Shown: positions 10,730-19,741, counted from the stretch's first letter. The stretch: DNA of 53,103 nt from Polyangia bacterium (GCA_036498765.1 DASYEX010000027.1:1-53103); one strand, 5' to 3'. Numbers and translations: made by a program. Notes: generated from the letters alone by a model not told the origin.

Positions 10730-11649
10730 GCGGGGAGGCGGGCAGCCAGCGCCTCGGAGGCCTCCCAGAGCCGGGCGGCGGCGGCCAGGTCTTGCCCGTT
10801 CGGCCGCGTCTCCGATGGGTTGCAGTCGGCGTAGTAGGCGCCCGTGACCTCGGCGACGGCCGGGCTGGCGGCGAGGTAGGACTGCGTGGCCGCCCCCTGC
10901 GACGGCGTCTTGAGCGCCAGCGGCGCCAGCACCTGGAACGCGAGCTTCGCGGGCGCCGGCAGCGTGCGCACGATGTTGGTGGCGATGACGCCCGGATGGA
11001 GCGTGTTGGCTGTCTGGGGGCCGTTGCCCAGCCGCCGCGCCAGCTCGCGGGTGAAGAGGATGTTGGCCAGCTTCGAGGTTCCGTAGGCCCGCATCGGCTG
11101 GTAGCCCCGCTCGCCCGAGAGATTGTCGAAGTCGATCCCGCCCGCGGGCGCGCGCCGGTGCGCCTCGCTGCCGGTGACGACCACCCGGCCCGCGGGCGCC
11201 AACCGATCGAGCAGGCCCGTCACCAGGATGAAGTGGCCGAGGTGGTTGGTGAAGAGGTGCAGCTCCCAGCCGAACTTCTGCTGGGGCGTGGGGATGGCCA
11301 TGACGCCCGCGTTGCAGACGATCGCGTCGAGCGGCGCGGCGCCGCTCTTCGCCGCCGCCACGCAGGCGCGCACCGAGGCCGGCTCGGAGAGCTCGCAGGC
11401 GAGCGGCAGGAAGTCGCCCTTGAGCCCGGCGCAGGCGTCGCGCGCCTTCTCGACGGTGCGGGCGGTGGCGATGATGCGCGCGCCGCGCAGCGCGAGCGCG
11501 CGCACCGTCTCGAGGCCGATCCCCGAGTTGCACCCGGTGACCAGCATCGTCTTGCCGGAAAGATCGCAGCCGGCGGTCGCCTCCTCGGCGGTGGTGCCGT
11601 ACCCCAGGCCGTTCGGGCCTTTCCCCTTCAGCGCGGCGACGAGCGACAT
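10726..11649 (-). CDS. short-chain dehydrogenase/reductase (retinol-dehydrogenase/WWOX-like classical SDR)
   Basis: TGCNSGIG cofactor motif, NAG, catalytic YGTSK. Confidence 0.9.
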   Translation of the reverse strand: MSLVAALKGKGPNGLGYGTTAEEATAGCDLSGKTMLVTGCNSGIGLETVRALALRGARIIATARTVEKARDACAGLKGDFLPLACELSEPASVRACVAAAKSGAAPLDAIVCNAGVMAIPTPQQKFGWELHLFTNHLGHFILVTGLLDRLAPAGRVVVTGSEAHRRAPAGGIDFDNLSGERGYQPMRAYGTSKLANILFTRELARRLGNGPQTANTLHPGVIATNIVRTLPAPAKLAFQVLAPLALKTPSQGAATQSYLAASPAVAEVTGAYYADCNPSETRPNGQDLAAAARLWEASEALAARLPA

Positions 11650-11696
11650 GCGCCGTCAGATAGCACGAAACGCGGGGGCCGGTCGGGCGCCGGAGC

Positions 11697-12467
11697 TCAG
11701 AGGGTGACGTTCACGGTCACCGTTCCGGACAGCGCGCCGCCGGGCACGGCGGGCATGGTGATGACCAGGGTTCCCTGGGGCGCCATCCAGAGCGTGCTGC
11801 CGCCGGCCCCTTGGGAGGGCCCAGGATCGGTGATGTCCAGATCGAACGACCCCTGGGCGGGGGTGGGGTCTCCGTTGGCGTCGTTGCAGTTGTCGCCGCT
11901 CGAGCAGAGCAGGTACCCGCCGGTCGTCCCGACGGTGAGCTCGCCGCCGAAGCCGGGCGCGGCGTCCGCCTCGGTGTAGATCCCATCGGCCAGCGTGGTC
12001 GCGTCCGTGACGGTGGCGGCGAAGTCGAGGGTCGCTCCGTCGACGATCTCGAAGACGACGCCGGGGTTCGAGGGGGTCACCGCCCCGTAGGCCGTGCAGG
12101 TCCCGGTCGCGGTCTGCGCGCCGCTGACGGTGTAGGTGCAGGGCTGGCCCGAGCTGCCCCCGCCCGCGCCGCCGGTACCGCCGGTCCCGCCGCTCCCGCC
12201 GCTCCCCTCGCTGCAGAACGCGGTCACCTTGGTGCTGCAGCTCTCGAGCTCGGTGGTGTTCATCGTCGAGGCGTGACAGCTCATCCCGCCGTAGTTGAAC
12301 GTCTCCGAGTCGTCGGTGTTCACGCAGAGCTGGTAGGTCTTGCCGTTCCCGGTCGAGCAGGTCTGGGTCTGGCACGTGAGGGCGGGGGAGCCGCAGCCGG
12401 CCAGCGCAGCGGGCATCGCGATCAGCGAGAGGAGGGCGAGCTTCGAGAGCGATGGTCGGAGGGGCAT
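11697..12467 (-). CDS. lipoprotein with Cys-rich N-domain, Gly-rich linker and beta-rich C-domain
   Basis: Start taken at internal ATG (complement 12465-12467). MPLRPSLSKLALLSLIAMPAALAGC lipobox. GSGGSGGTGGTGGAGGG linker. The longer track ORF N-terminus is Arg/Ala-rich and looks non-coding. Confidence 0.65.
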   Translation of the reverse strand: MPLRPSLSKLALLSLIAMPAALAGCGSPALTCQTQTCSTGNGKTYQLCVNTDDSETFNYGGMSCHASTMNTTELESCSTKVTAFCSEGSGGSGGTGGTGGAGGGSSGQPCTYTVSGAQTATGTCTAYGAVTPSNPGVVFEIVDGATLDFAATVTDATTLADGIYTEADAAPGFGGELTVGTTGGYLLCSSGDNCNDANGDPTPAQGSFDLDITDPGPSQGAGGSTLWMAPQGTLVITMPAVPGGALSGTVTVNVTL

Positions 12468-12510
12468 CCGCCCACCATCGTACCGCGTGACGGGGCGTGG
12501 CCGGTAGACG

Positions 12511-13572
12511 TCAGAACAGCGTGCGGCGGCCAACCCAGCGGCGCGTCGCCAGCGGACGCCGCGGCGGGGGGCTCGTGACCAGGTTCCCCTCGACCAGCAC
12601 CGGGCCCGAGTTGCCGTGGAGCACGAGGCCGCTCGTGTTCGCGCCGCCGGTCCCCTCGACGACCACGCCGAACTGGCTGTCCCGCCCATCGTTGAAGATG
12701 ATCCCCGTGTTGCGCGCGCCCGGCACGACGTCCGGTTCGCCGCAGCAGACGTTGGAGACCAGGATCCCGTCCCCGGTCGCGTCGGCGTTGGGGTTGTCCG
12801 GGATGCTCACCCGGTTTCGGGCCACCAGCGTGTCGTCGGCCGCCAACACGAAGACGCCGGCCATGGAGAAGGCGTCGAACCCGTCGGGGATTGCCCCGCT
12901 GACTTCATTGCCCACGACGACGTTGTGCTCGGGACGGTTGATCGCCGCGCCCGGTCCGCCCGGCGCCGCGACGGTGTCGCGCGCCAGCTGGATCACGATG
13001 CCGTCGCCGCCCGCGCACAGCGTCTCCGTGCAATCGAACAGCGTCAGGCCCCTGATCCGGTTGCCCGCGACGACCCAGCCGTCGCCCGCGGTGTTGGTGA
13101 TGGCTTGCACCGTCCCCTCGAAGACGTTGTCCTCGACGCGCACGCCGTTCGCGAAGCGGGCGAACACCCCCAGGGCCAGCGGCTCCAGGTCGTCTTCCGA
13201 GACCCCGCGTCCGTCGAAGGCGAAGCCGTCGATGCGGGTCCCGCTGGCCGCGCTGGTCCCCTCGACCCCCGGCAGGTAAAAGCCGGCGCGCAGATCATCC
13301 GAGACGGTGGGGCCCTCCGGACAGCCGATGATGGTCGCCTGGCCATGCCCCAGCAGCGTGAGGGACTTTGTCACCGTGGCGCCGCAGTAGCTCCCCGGCG
13401 CCACGTCGACGACGTCGCCCGCGTTGGACGCATCGATCGCCGCCTGGATCGTCCGATAGCTCCCGGGGACCTGCCGCACCCGCGTGCGCGCCTGAGCCGC
13501 GGCCGGCGCGAGCAGGCAACCCGCCGCCACCAGGACCCCGATCTTTGCCGTCTTCAGTGCGAGTGCGCGCAT
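12511..13572 (-). CDS. secreted right-handed parallel beta-helix repeat protein
   Basis: Signal peptide IGVLVAAGCLLAPAAAQA. Repeated N-x-V/I-x-G-N turns (VEDNVFEG, VVAGNRIRG, VVGNEVSG, LVARNRVS, LHGNSGP). Confidence 0.75.
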   Translation of the reverse strand: MRALALKTAKIGVLVAAGCLLAPAAAQARTRVRQVPGSYRTIQAAIDASNAGDVVDVAPGSYCGATVTKSLTLLGHGQATIIGCPEGPTVSDDLRAGFYLPGVEGTSAASGTRIDGFAFDGRGVSEDDLEPLALGVFARFANGVRVEDNVFEGTVQAITNTAGDGWVVAGNRIRGLTLFDCTETLCAGGDGIVIQLARDTVAAPGGPGAAINRPEHNVVVGNEVSGAIPDGFDAFSMAGVFVLAADDTLVARNRVSIPDNPNADATGDGILVSNVCCGEPDVVPGARNTGIIFNDGRDSQFGVVVEGTGGANTSGLVLHGNSGPVLVEGNLVTSPPPRRPLATRRWVGRRTLF

Positions 13573-13606
13573 CGCTCCCTCCCCGTTGTATCGACCGACC
13601 GTGGGG

Positions 13607-13635
13607 ACTATAGGCGCCGTGGCGGCGCCGGTCCA
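13607..13635 (-). promoter_or_regulatory. sigma-70-like promoter candidate for the beta-helix gene
   Basis: On the minus strand: TGGACC (13630-13635), 17-nt spacer, TATAGT (13607-13612), then GGGGAGGGA SD and ATG 13572. Confidence 0.3.
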
Positions 13636-13656
13636 GCTGTCTTGGACCCTGCCCGC

Positions 13657-15048
13657 TCAGCCCGCGCGGCGCTTGAGGGTGTTGCCGGTGAAGGTGGCCG
13701 CCAGATCCCAGATGGCGCTGGGGAAGCGGTGGGCGTCGGCGAGCACGTCGTCGACGGCGCGGACGATCCAGTCCTCGTCTTCCTGACTGAGACAGAGCGG
13801 CGGCAGCAGCTTGATCACGTACATGTCGTGGCCGGCGACCTGGCTCAGGATCCGGTGGCGGCTGAAGAGCGGCAGCACCACCATCTGGCAGTAGAGGCCC
13901 TTGGTCGCCTTGTCGACCAGCGCCCAGGCGGCGCGCAGCTTGAGGGACTTGGGCGGGCCGAGCTCGAGGGCGATCATCATGCCGCGCCCGCGCACCTCGC
14001 TGAGTAGCTCGTAGCGCGGGACCAGCGCCTGCAGGCGGCGAATCAGGCTCTCCCCGCGGCGGGCGGCGTTCTCGACCAGCTTTTCGTCGTCGAGGACCCG
14101 CAGCGTCGCCAGGCCCGCGGCCATGGCCAGGTTGTTCTTGGCGAACGTCGAGCCGTGGACGACGGCGCGGTCCATCCGGTCGAAGGTCTTGTCGAAGATC
14201 CACTTCTTGCCGACCACAGCGCCGACCGGCACGTAGCCGCCGGAGAGCGCCTTGGCGACCAGCACCAGGTCGGGGTCGACGCCCTCGGCCTGCGACGCGA
14301 GGAAGGTCCCCGTGCGCCCGAGCCCCGCCTGCACCTCGTCGGCGACGAACAGCGTCCCGGCACGCCGGCAGAGACGCGCCGCCTCGGCGAGGTAGCCGGG
14401 GCTCGGCAGGTTGACCCCTTTGCCCTGGATCGGCTCGACGATGAAGGCGGCCACGTCCCCGCGGCCGAGCGCCGTCTCCAGCGCGGGCAGGTCGTTCCAC
14501 GGGACGCGCTCGGCGTCGGCCAGCAGGGGGCCGAACCCTTCGCGGAAGATGGCGTCGCCGTTGAGCGACAGCGAGCCCATCGTCAGGCCGTGGAAGGCGT
14601 GGTCGCAGTAGACCAGCTTGGCGCGACGGGTGGCCTGGCGGGCGAGCTTGATGGCCGCTTCGACCGCCTCGGTCCCCGAGTTGCAGAAGAAGACGCGCTC
14701 CTGCCCGGGCATGCGCGCGACCAGCTCCTCCGCCAGCATCCCCGCCAGCGGCGAGACGTCCATCTGCACCAGGTCGGAGAGGTCGGCGCCGAGCACGTCG
14801 GCGAGCGCGCGCTTGACGGTGGGGTGGTTGCGCCCGATGGCGAACACGCCGAAGCCGGAGAGCAGATCGAGGTAGCGCTGCCCCTCGCGGTCGTAGAGAT
14901 AGGCTCCCTCGGCGCGCACGTAGTGGCGGTCGAAGCCGATGGTCTTGAGGACCTGGACCATCTTGGGGTTCAGGTACTGCTCGTGCAGCGTGAACTTCTC
15001 GCCGCCGCGGGCGGCCAGCGCGTCGAGGATCCCGCCGTCGTCTTTCAC
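13657..15048 (-). CDS. hpnO: class-III PLP aminotransferase (ornithine/acetylornithine type); context indicates hopanoid aminotransferase HpnO
   Basis: NSGTEAVEAAIKLAR, DEVQAGLGRTG, PLP-lysine region LVAKALSGG. GTG start (complement 15046-15048) overlaps the hpnG stop (GTGA). Directly downstream of hpnH-hpnG. Confidence 0.8.
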   Translation of the reverse strand: MKDDGGILDALAARGGEKFTLHEQYLNPKMVQVLKTIGFDRHYVRAEGAYLYDREGQRYLDLLSGFGVFAIGRNHPTVKRALADVLGADLSDLVQMDVSPLAGMLAEELVARMPGQERVFFCNSGTEAVEAAIKLARQATRRAKLVYCDHAFHGLTMGSLSLNGDAIFREGFGPLLADAERVPWNDLPALETALGRGDVAAFIVEPIQGKGVNLPSPGYLAEAARLCRRAGTLFVADEVQAGLGRTGTFLASQAEGVDPDLVLVAKALSGGYVPVGAVVGKKWIFDKTFDRMDRAVVHGSTFAKNNLAMAAGLATLRVLDDEKLVENAARRGESLIRRLQALVPRYELLSEVRGRGMMIALELGPPKSLKLRAAWALVDKATKGLYCQMVVLPLFSRHRILSQVAGHDMYVIKLLPPLCLSQEDEDWIVRAVDDVLADAHRFPSAIWDLAATFTGNTLKRRAG

Positions 15049-15788
15049 GCGGCGCCTTCCGCGAGGGCGAAGGCGGGCAGGGCGGCCTGGGCGGCGCGGG
15101 CCAGCACCTCGGCGCACTGGCCGACCCGCTTGCGCAGCGCCAGGAGGTGCGGCAGCGCGCCCGGATCGCCGAGCAGGCTGCGCAGCACGCGCCCCCGGTT
15201 GACGGCGCCGCCCGCGTCGAGGCTGCGGTTGAGGAGCGCGGGCAAATTCTCGTCGGCGCGGTCACTCACCGCGCGGAGGACCAGCCAGGGGATCGCGCGC
15301 GCCGCGGCCGCCGCCACGTAGGCGGCCGACTCGAGATCGACCACCGCCAGCCCCGGGCCCGCCTGCGCCGCGAGGCGCCGCTTCTCCGTGGCGCTGTCGG
15401 CGATCCGGCGCGCGCTCACGACGACCGCCGGGCGGCCGCCCGTGGCGCGCGTCGCGGCCGCTACCCAGGCGGCGTCGGCCTCGCGCACCCCGCCGTCCTC
15501 GTCGGTCACCCGGGTCGCCACCACCAGCTCCGCCGTCGCCAGCTCGGCGCTCAGCGCCCCGGAGACGCCCAGGACGACCAGCGCCTCCGCGCCCGACGCC
15601 AGGAGCGCCTCGACGCCGGCGCGCGCATTGCGGGCTCCGTCGCCGGTCGCCGCGAGCGCGACCTCTCGGCCCCCGAGGCGGCCGCGCTCGACGACCAGCG
15701 AGCCGCGCTGGGTCCGCGTCGCCGCGACCAGCCGCCCGCGCAGGGGCCCGATCTCCTCGGGCATCGCCGCGACGATCGCGATCGTCAC
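15045..15788 (-). CDS. hpnG: hopanoid-associated nucleosidase/phosphorylase (PNP/UDP family)
   Basis: MTIAIVAAMPEEIGPLRG..., VVLGVSGAL, VDLESAAY, RAVSD motifs of the MTA/SAH-nucleosidase-like fold. Sits between hpnH and the aminotransferase. Confidence 0.85.
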   Translation of the reverse strand: MTIAIVAAMPEEIGPLRGRLVAATRTQRGSLVVERGRLGGREVALAATGDGARNARAGVEALLASGAEALVVLGVSGALSAELATAELVVATRVTDEDGGVREADAAWVAAATRATGGRPAVVVSARRIADSATEKRRLAAQAGPGLAVVDLESAAYVAAAAARAIPWLVLRAVSDRADENLPALLNRSLDAGGAVNRGRVLRSLLGDPGALPHLLALRKRVGQCAEVLARAAQAALPAFALAEGAA

Positions 15789-15804
15789 GGCGTCGTCGCC
15801 CCGC

Positions 15805-16806
15805 TCATCCCAAGAAGTTCCAGGCGGCCATGCGCAGCAGGTCCTTGGGGCTCTTGCGCAGCCCGCGCACCGCCGAGGCCTCGAAGCCGCTGTGCATCGC
15901 GCAGTTCTGGCACTTGTCGTCCTGGCGCGACTCCCAGTAGGCCCAGTCGGTTTTGGTCCAGAACTCGTTCCAGTCGGGGACGTACTCCTCGCCGATGAGG
16001 TAGCAGGGCTTCTTCCAGCCCTTGGGCGTGAAGGTCACCGTGCTCCAAGGCGAGCAGTCGTACTCGCGCATCCCCGCCGCGAACTCCAGATACATCGGCG
16101 TCGACTGCATCCGGTAGTCCTTGGAGAGCTCCAGCACCCGCTTGAACTTGCGCTGGATCTCCTGCTTGGTCAGGAAGATGTCGGCCTTGACCGACTCGTA
16201 GTGGTAGCCCGGCGAGACCAGCAGCCCGTCGACGCCCAGGCTCTTGACCATCTTGCACAGGTCCTCGATCTCCTCGACCGACGTCTCCTTGAACACGGTG
16301 GTGTTCGTCGTGACGTGATAGCCGTTCGCCTTGGCCTGCCGGATCATCTCGATGGCCTTGTCGAACACCCCTTCGCGCGCGCAGACCTTGTCGTGCGTCT
16401 CGCGCATCCCATCCAGGTGCACGTTGATCGTGAGCCGCTTGTGCGGCGCGATCTTCCCGAACACCTTCTGGTCCAGGACCAGGCCGTTGGTGCAGAGGTA
16501 GATGTGGCGCTGGCGGCCGATGATCCCGGCGACGAGCTCTGGCAGCTCCGGGTAGAGCGTCGGCTCGCCGCCGCACAGGGAGACGGTGGGCGCGCCGCAC
16601 TCGTCGACCGCCCGCAGGCAGATCTCGAGCGGCAGCCGATCGCCGAGCTTGCCGGTGTGGCGCTCGGTCGAGCAGCCCACGCAGGCGAGGTTGCAGGTAT
16701 AAAGCGGCTCCAGCATCAAGACCAGCGGATAGCGGGTCTCTCCCGCGACCGCTTTTCGAATCTGGTAGCCGACCTGGTCTGTCGTTATATGAAACGGGAA
16801 CCGCAT
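15805..16806 (-). CDS. hpnH: adenosylhopane synthase, radical SAM
   Basis: Start at ATG (complement 16804-16806) preceded by AGGAGA. CNLACVGC radical-SAM cluster motif. Conserved HpnH tail CQNCAMHSGFEASAV. Confidence 0.95.
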   Translation of the reverse strand: MRFPFHITTDQVGYQIRKAVAGETRYPLVLMLEPLYTCNLACVGCSTERHTGKLGDRLPLEICLRAVDECGAPTVSLCGGEPTLYPELPELVAGIIGRQRHIYLCTNGLVLDQKVFGKIAPHKRLTINVHLDGMRETHDKVCAREGVFDKAIEMIRQAKANGYHVTTNTTVFKETSVEEIEDLCKMVKSLGVDGLLVSPGYHYESVKADIFLTKQEIQRKFKRVLELSKDYRMQSTPMYLEFAAGMREYDCSPWSTVTFTPKGWKKPCYLIGEEYVPDWNEFWTKTDWAYWESRQDDKCQNCAMHSGFEASAVRGLRKSPKDLLRMAAWNFLG

Positions 16807-16820
16807 GTTGTCTCCTCTAG

Positions 16821-18791
16821 GTGACTGACGCCGCGCCCATGTCCACCGCCCAGCCAAATCCCGCACGAAGCTTGCTGGTGCCCGCGCCGGCGCGCGCGCG
16901 CGTCGACGCCGCCATCGCCGCCGCGCGCGACTGGCTGCTCGCGCGGCAGGCGCCGGAGGGGTTCTGGCAGGGGGAGCTGGAAGGCGACACCACGCTGGAA
17001 AGCTACCTCATCTTGATTGAAGCGTTCTTCAATCGTCGCGAAAGCGACAAAGTGCGCGATCTGGCCCGGGTCATCCGCGCCGAGGCGCTGCCGGGTGGCG
17101 GCTTTTCCCAATACCTCGGCGGTCCGCCGGAGCTGTCGGTCTCCTGTCTCAGCTACTTCGCGCTCAAGGTGGCAGGCGAGCCCGCGGACGCGCCGCACCT
17201 GCGCGCCGCGCGCGCGGTCATTCGCGGGCTGGGCGGCGTCGGGCGCGCCAACACCTACACGCGGCAGCACCTGGCGATGTTCGGTCAGGTCCCCTGGCAG
17301 AGCGTACCCGCGATCCCGCCGGAGATGGTCTTCGCGCCCAAGACCGCGCCGTTCTCCGTCTACGATCTGTCGGCCTGGTCGCGGACGATCTTCGTCCCGC
17401 TGTCGATCATCTGGGCGAACAAGCCGGTGGTGGCTCTTCCTGCGTCGTGCGGCGTCGCCGAGTTGCTCCAGGATGCGGGAGAGCTCGGCCCGGCCGGTGC
17501 GGCGCCCGCCGCGGACTGGAAGACCGTCTTTCACGGCGTCGATCGCCTGCTCAAGCTCGGCGAGAAGCTCCCGGGCGCCAGGATGCTGCGCCGCTACGCC
17601 GTCGAGCGCGCGGGCGATTGGATGATCGATCGCCTCGCCGAGTCGGACGGCCTCTCGGCCATCCTGCCCGCGATGGCCAACAGCGTGCTGGCGCTCAGCC
17701 TGCTCGGCTACAGCGAGAAGCACCCGCTGCTCGCCGAGGCGCTGGGCCACCTCGACGGGCTCCTCCTGCGCGACGAGAACGGCCTGCGCATGCAGCCCTG
17801 TGTCTCGCCCGTCTGGGACACCGTCCTGGCGACGCACGCGCTCCTCCAGGGCTCGGTGGCGGCGGACCACCCCGCGGTCGGCCGGGCGGTGCAGTGGATC
17901 TTGGGCAAGCAGACGACGCGGTCGGGCGACTGGGCGGTGCGCAACCCGGCCCCGCCGGGGGGCTGGTACTTCGAGGCGCGCAACGAGTTCTACCCCGACG
18001 TCGACGACACCTGCATGGCGCTCATGGTGCTGGCGCAGGCGCGCGCGGGCGGCACGCCGGAGGCGCGCCAGGAAGCCTGCGCAGCGGCGATGCGCCGGGG
18101 CCTCACCTGGATGCTGGGGATGCAGAACGCCGACGGCGGTTGGGCCAGCTTCGATCGCGGGAACGACAAGCAGTGGCTGACGCACGTGCCGTTCGCCGAC
18201 CACAACGCGATGATCGATCCCAGCACCGCCGACATCACGGCGCGCGTGCTCGAGTGCCTCAGCCACTTCCCCGACTACGGCGCCGCCCACCCGGTGGTCG
18301 CGCGCGCTCTCGGATTTCTCCGCCGCGACCAGACCACCGAAGGCTGCTGGTACGGCCGCTGGGGGGTCAACTACCTCTACGGCACCTGGCAGGTGCTGCG
18401 TGGGCTCGCCGCCATCGGCGAAGATCTCGAGGCGCCCTCCGTGCGGCGCGCCGTCCGTTGGCTCGTCGCCCGCCAGAACGCCGATGGCGGGTGGGGCGAG
18501 AGCATCGCCAGCTACGACCAGCCTTCTCAGAAAGGTATTGGCGCCTCCACCCCCAGCCAGACGGCCTGGGCGATCATGGGGCTCTGCGCCGCGGGCGAGC
18601 GAGACAGCGCGGCGGTCCGGCGCGGCGTGCAGCACCTGCTCGACACGCAGCGGGAAGGGACCTGGGACGAGGTCGCCTGGACGGGGACCGGCTTCCCCAA
18701 GGTCTTTTATCTCAACTATCATTATTACCGGCACTACTTCCCGCTGATGGCGCTGTCGCAGGTGCGCGCCCAGGACGTGGCGGGCCGCTAG
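16821..18791 (+). CDS. shc: squalene-hopene cyclase
   Basis: DVDDTC catalytic Asp-rich motif (DxDDTA type, with Cys in place of Ala). Multiple QW repeats (RQAPEGFWQGE, MQNADGGWASF, RQNADGGWGES). The start is GTG 16821 or in-frame ATG 16839. Confidence 0.95.
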   Translation: MTDAAPMSTAQPNPARSLLVPAPARARVDAAIAAARDWLLARQAPEGFWQGELEGDTTLESYLILIEAFFNRRESDKVRDLARVIRAEALPGGGFSQYLGGPPELSVSCLSYFALKVAGEPADAPHLRAARAVIRGLGGVGRANTYTRQHLAMFGQVPWQSVPAIPPEMVFAPKTAPFSVYDLSAWSRTIFVPLSIIWANKPVVALPASCGVAELLQDAGELGPAGAAPAADWKTVFHGVDRLLKLGEKLPGARMLRRYAVERAGDWMIDRLAESDGLSAILPAMANSVLALSLLGYSEKHPLLAEALGHLDGLLLRDENGLRMQPCVSPVWDTVLATHALLQGSVAADHPAVGRAVQWILGKQTTRSGDWAVRNPAPPGGWYFEARNEFYPDVDDTCMALMVLAQARAGGTPEARQEACAAAMRRGLTWMLGMQNADGGWASFDRGNDKQWLTHVPFADHNAMIDPSTADITARVLECLSHFPDYGAAHPVVARALGFLRRDQTTEGCWYGRWGVNYLYGTWQVLRGLAAIGEDLEAPSVRRAVRWLVARQNADGGWGESIASYDQPSQKGIGASTPSQTAWAIMGLCAAGERDSAAVRRGVQHLLDTQREGTWDEVAWTGTGFPKVFYLNYHYYRHYFPLMALSQVRAQDVAGR

Positions 18792-19687
18792 GCCTCCACG
18801 GGCGCCGGTCGGGCGCCGAGGCCCGCGGCGATCTCGGCGGCGATCTTGGCCACGGTCACGCGGGTCAGCTTGGCGCCCAGCCCCTGGTCGCGAAGGATCT
18901 GCAGGTTCGCCGTGGCCAGCTTGCAGATGAACGCGTTGAAGGCCACCAGCCCCGGCTCGGCGCCCCCCTCGCGCATCAACTCGATATAGGTCGCCGCCGA
19001 CGCCAGGTCCTTGCGGGCCAGCACGAACACCTCGGCCAGCGGTGCCCGGCTGGGCAGGAAGGTGCGCCCCTCCACGGCGTCGGGGCGGGCGTCCTTGAGG
19101 ATGTTCACGAGCTGCAGGCCCTCGCCGAAGTCGGCGGCGCGGGCGCGAAGATCCTTCGCCACGCGCTCCAGCGACGGGCGCCCGAGGAGAAAGAGCTCGG
19201 TCAGCATCTCGCCGACGATTCCCGCCACCGCGTAGCAGTAGGCGCGCAGGTCCTCGACCGTCTCGAGCTGCAGACCGCCGTCCGGCGCGATTCGCCGAAC
19301 GAAGCCGGCCATCCCCTCGGCGCTGCGGGCGACGTGCGTGCGGAGGATCGTGCGTGCCTCCGGCCGCAGCGCCTGGAACTGCTCGAGAACGTAGGGCGTG
19401 TGCGCCAGGAGCTCCTGATAGCCGGCGTGCGCCAGCGGAGGCTCGCGGGTCCACGACTCGGCCAGCGGCCGCGACTCCGCGGCGGGTCGGTCGAGCAGCC
19501 CCGCGAACTGCTTGAGGGCCTCGATCCGCAGCGCGGGGGGCCACAGGACCGCGTCCTCGAAGGTGTCGATGATGCGGAACAGAAGGTAAGCGATCCCCAC
19601 CTCGGCACGGGTCGGTTCGGGCAGGCAGGGGATGGTCAGCGCGAACGTGCGGCTGGTCTTCTGGAGAAGACTTTCGATGTCGGTCAC
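18788..19687 (-). CDS. sqs: squalene synthase (farnesyl-diphosphate farnesyltransferase type, squalene/phytoene synthase family)
   Basis: FRIIDTFED first Asp-rich motif, YCYAVAGIVGEML, LQLVNILKDARPD second motif. Start taken at GTG (complement 19685-19687) after GAGGAATGAGG. The track start at 19741 is a TTG that coincides with a -35-like hexamer. Confidence 0.85.
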   Translation of the reverse strand: MTDIESLLQKTSRTFALTIPCLPEPTRAEVGIAYLLFRIIDTFEDAVLWPPALRIEALKQFAGLLDRPAAESRPLAESWTREPPLAHAGYQELLAHTPYVLEQFQALRPEARTILRTHVARSAEGMAGFVRRIAPDGGLQLETVEDLRAYCYAVAGIVGEMLTELFLLGRPSLERVAKDLRARAADFGEGLQLVNILKDARPDAVEGRTFLPSRAPLAEVFVLARKDLASAATYIELMREGGAEPGLVAFNAFICKLATANLQILRDQGLGAKLTRVTVAKIAAEIAAGLGARPAPVEA

Positions 19688-19712
19688 AGCCTCATTCCTC
19701 GCAAGTCCCCAA

Positions 19713-19741
19713 GAAATAAGACTGACTGGACATAATTGCAA
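19713..19741 (-). promoter_or_regulatory. sigma-70-like promoter candidate for sqs
   Basis: On the minus strand: TTGCAA (19736-19741), 17-nt spacer, TATTTC (19713-19718), in a locally A/T-richer gap right after the GH13 stop. Confidence 0.35.

Noticed and set aside
13295-15265. 656-aa minus-strand ORF overlapping hpnO and hpnG
   Set aside because: It is an alternative frame of real genes (Arg/Pro/Gly-rich). The aminotransferase frame carries the PLP-enzyme motifs.
16785-19735. 919-aa minus ORF (16785..19544) and 762-aa plus ORF (17447..19735)
   Set aside because: They are antisense or alternative-frame shadows of shc and sqs, which both have diagnostic motifs in other frames.
19739-19741. 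TTG start of the longest sqs ORF
   Set aside because: It coincides with a -35-like TTGCAA and adds an 18-aa atypical N-terminus. The downstream GTG 19687 has a good SD (GAGGAATGAGG).
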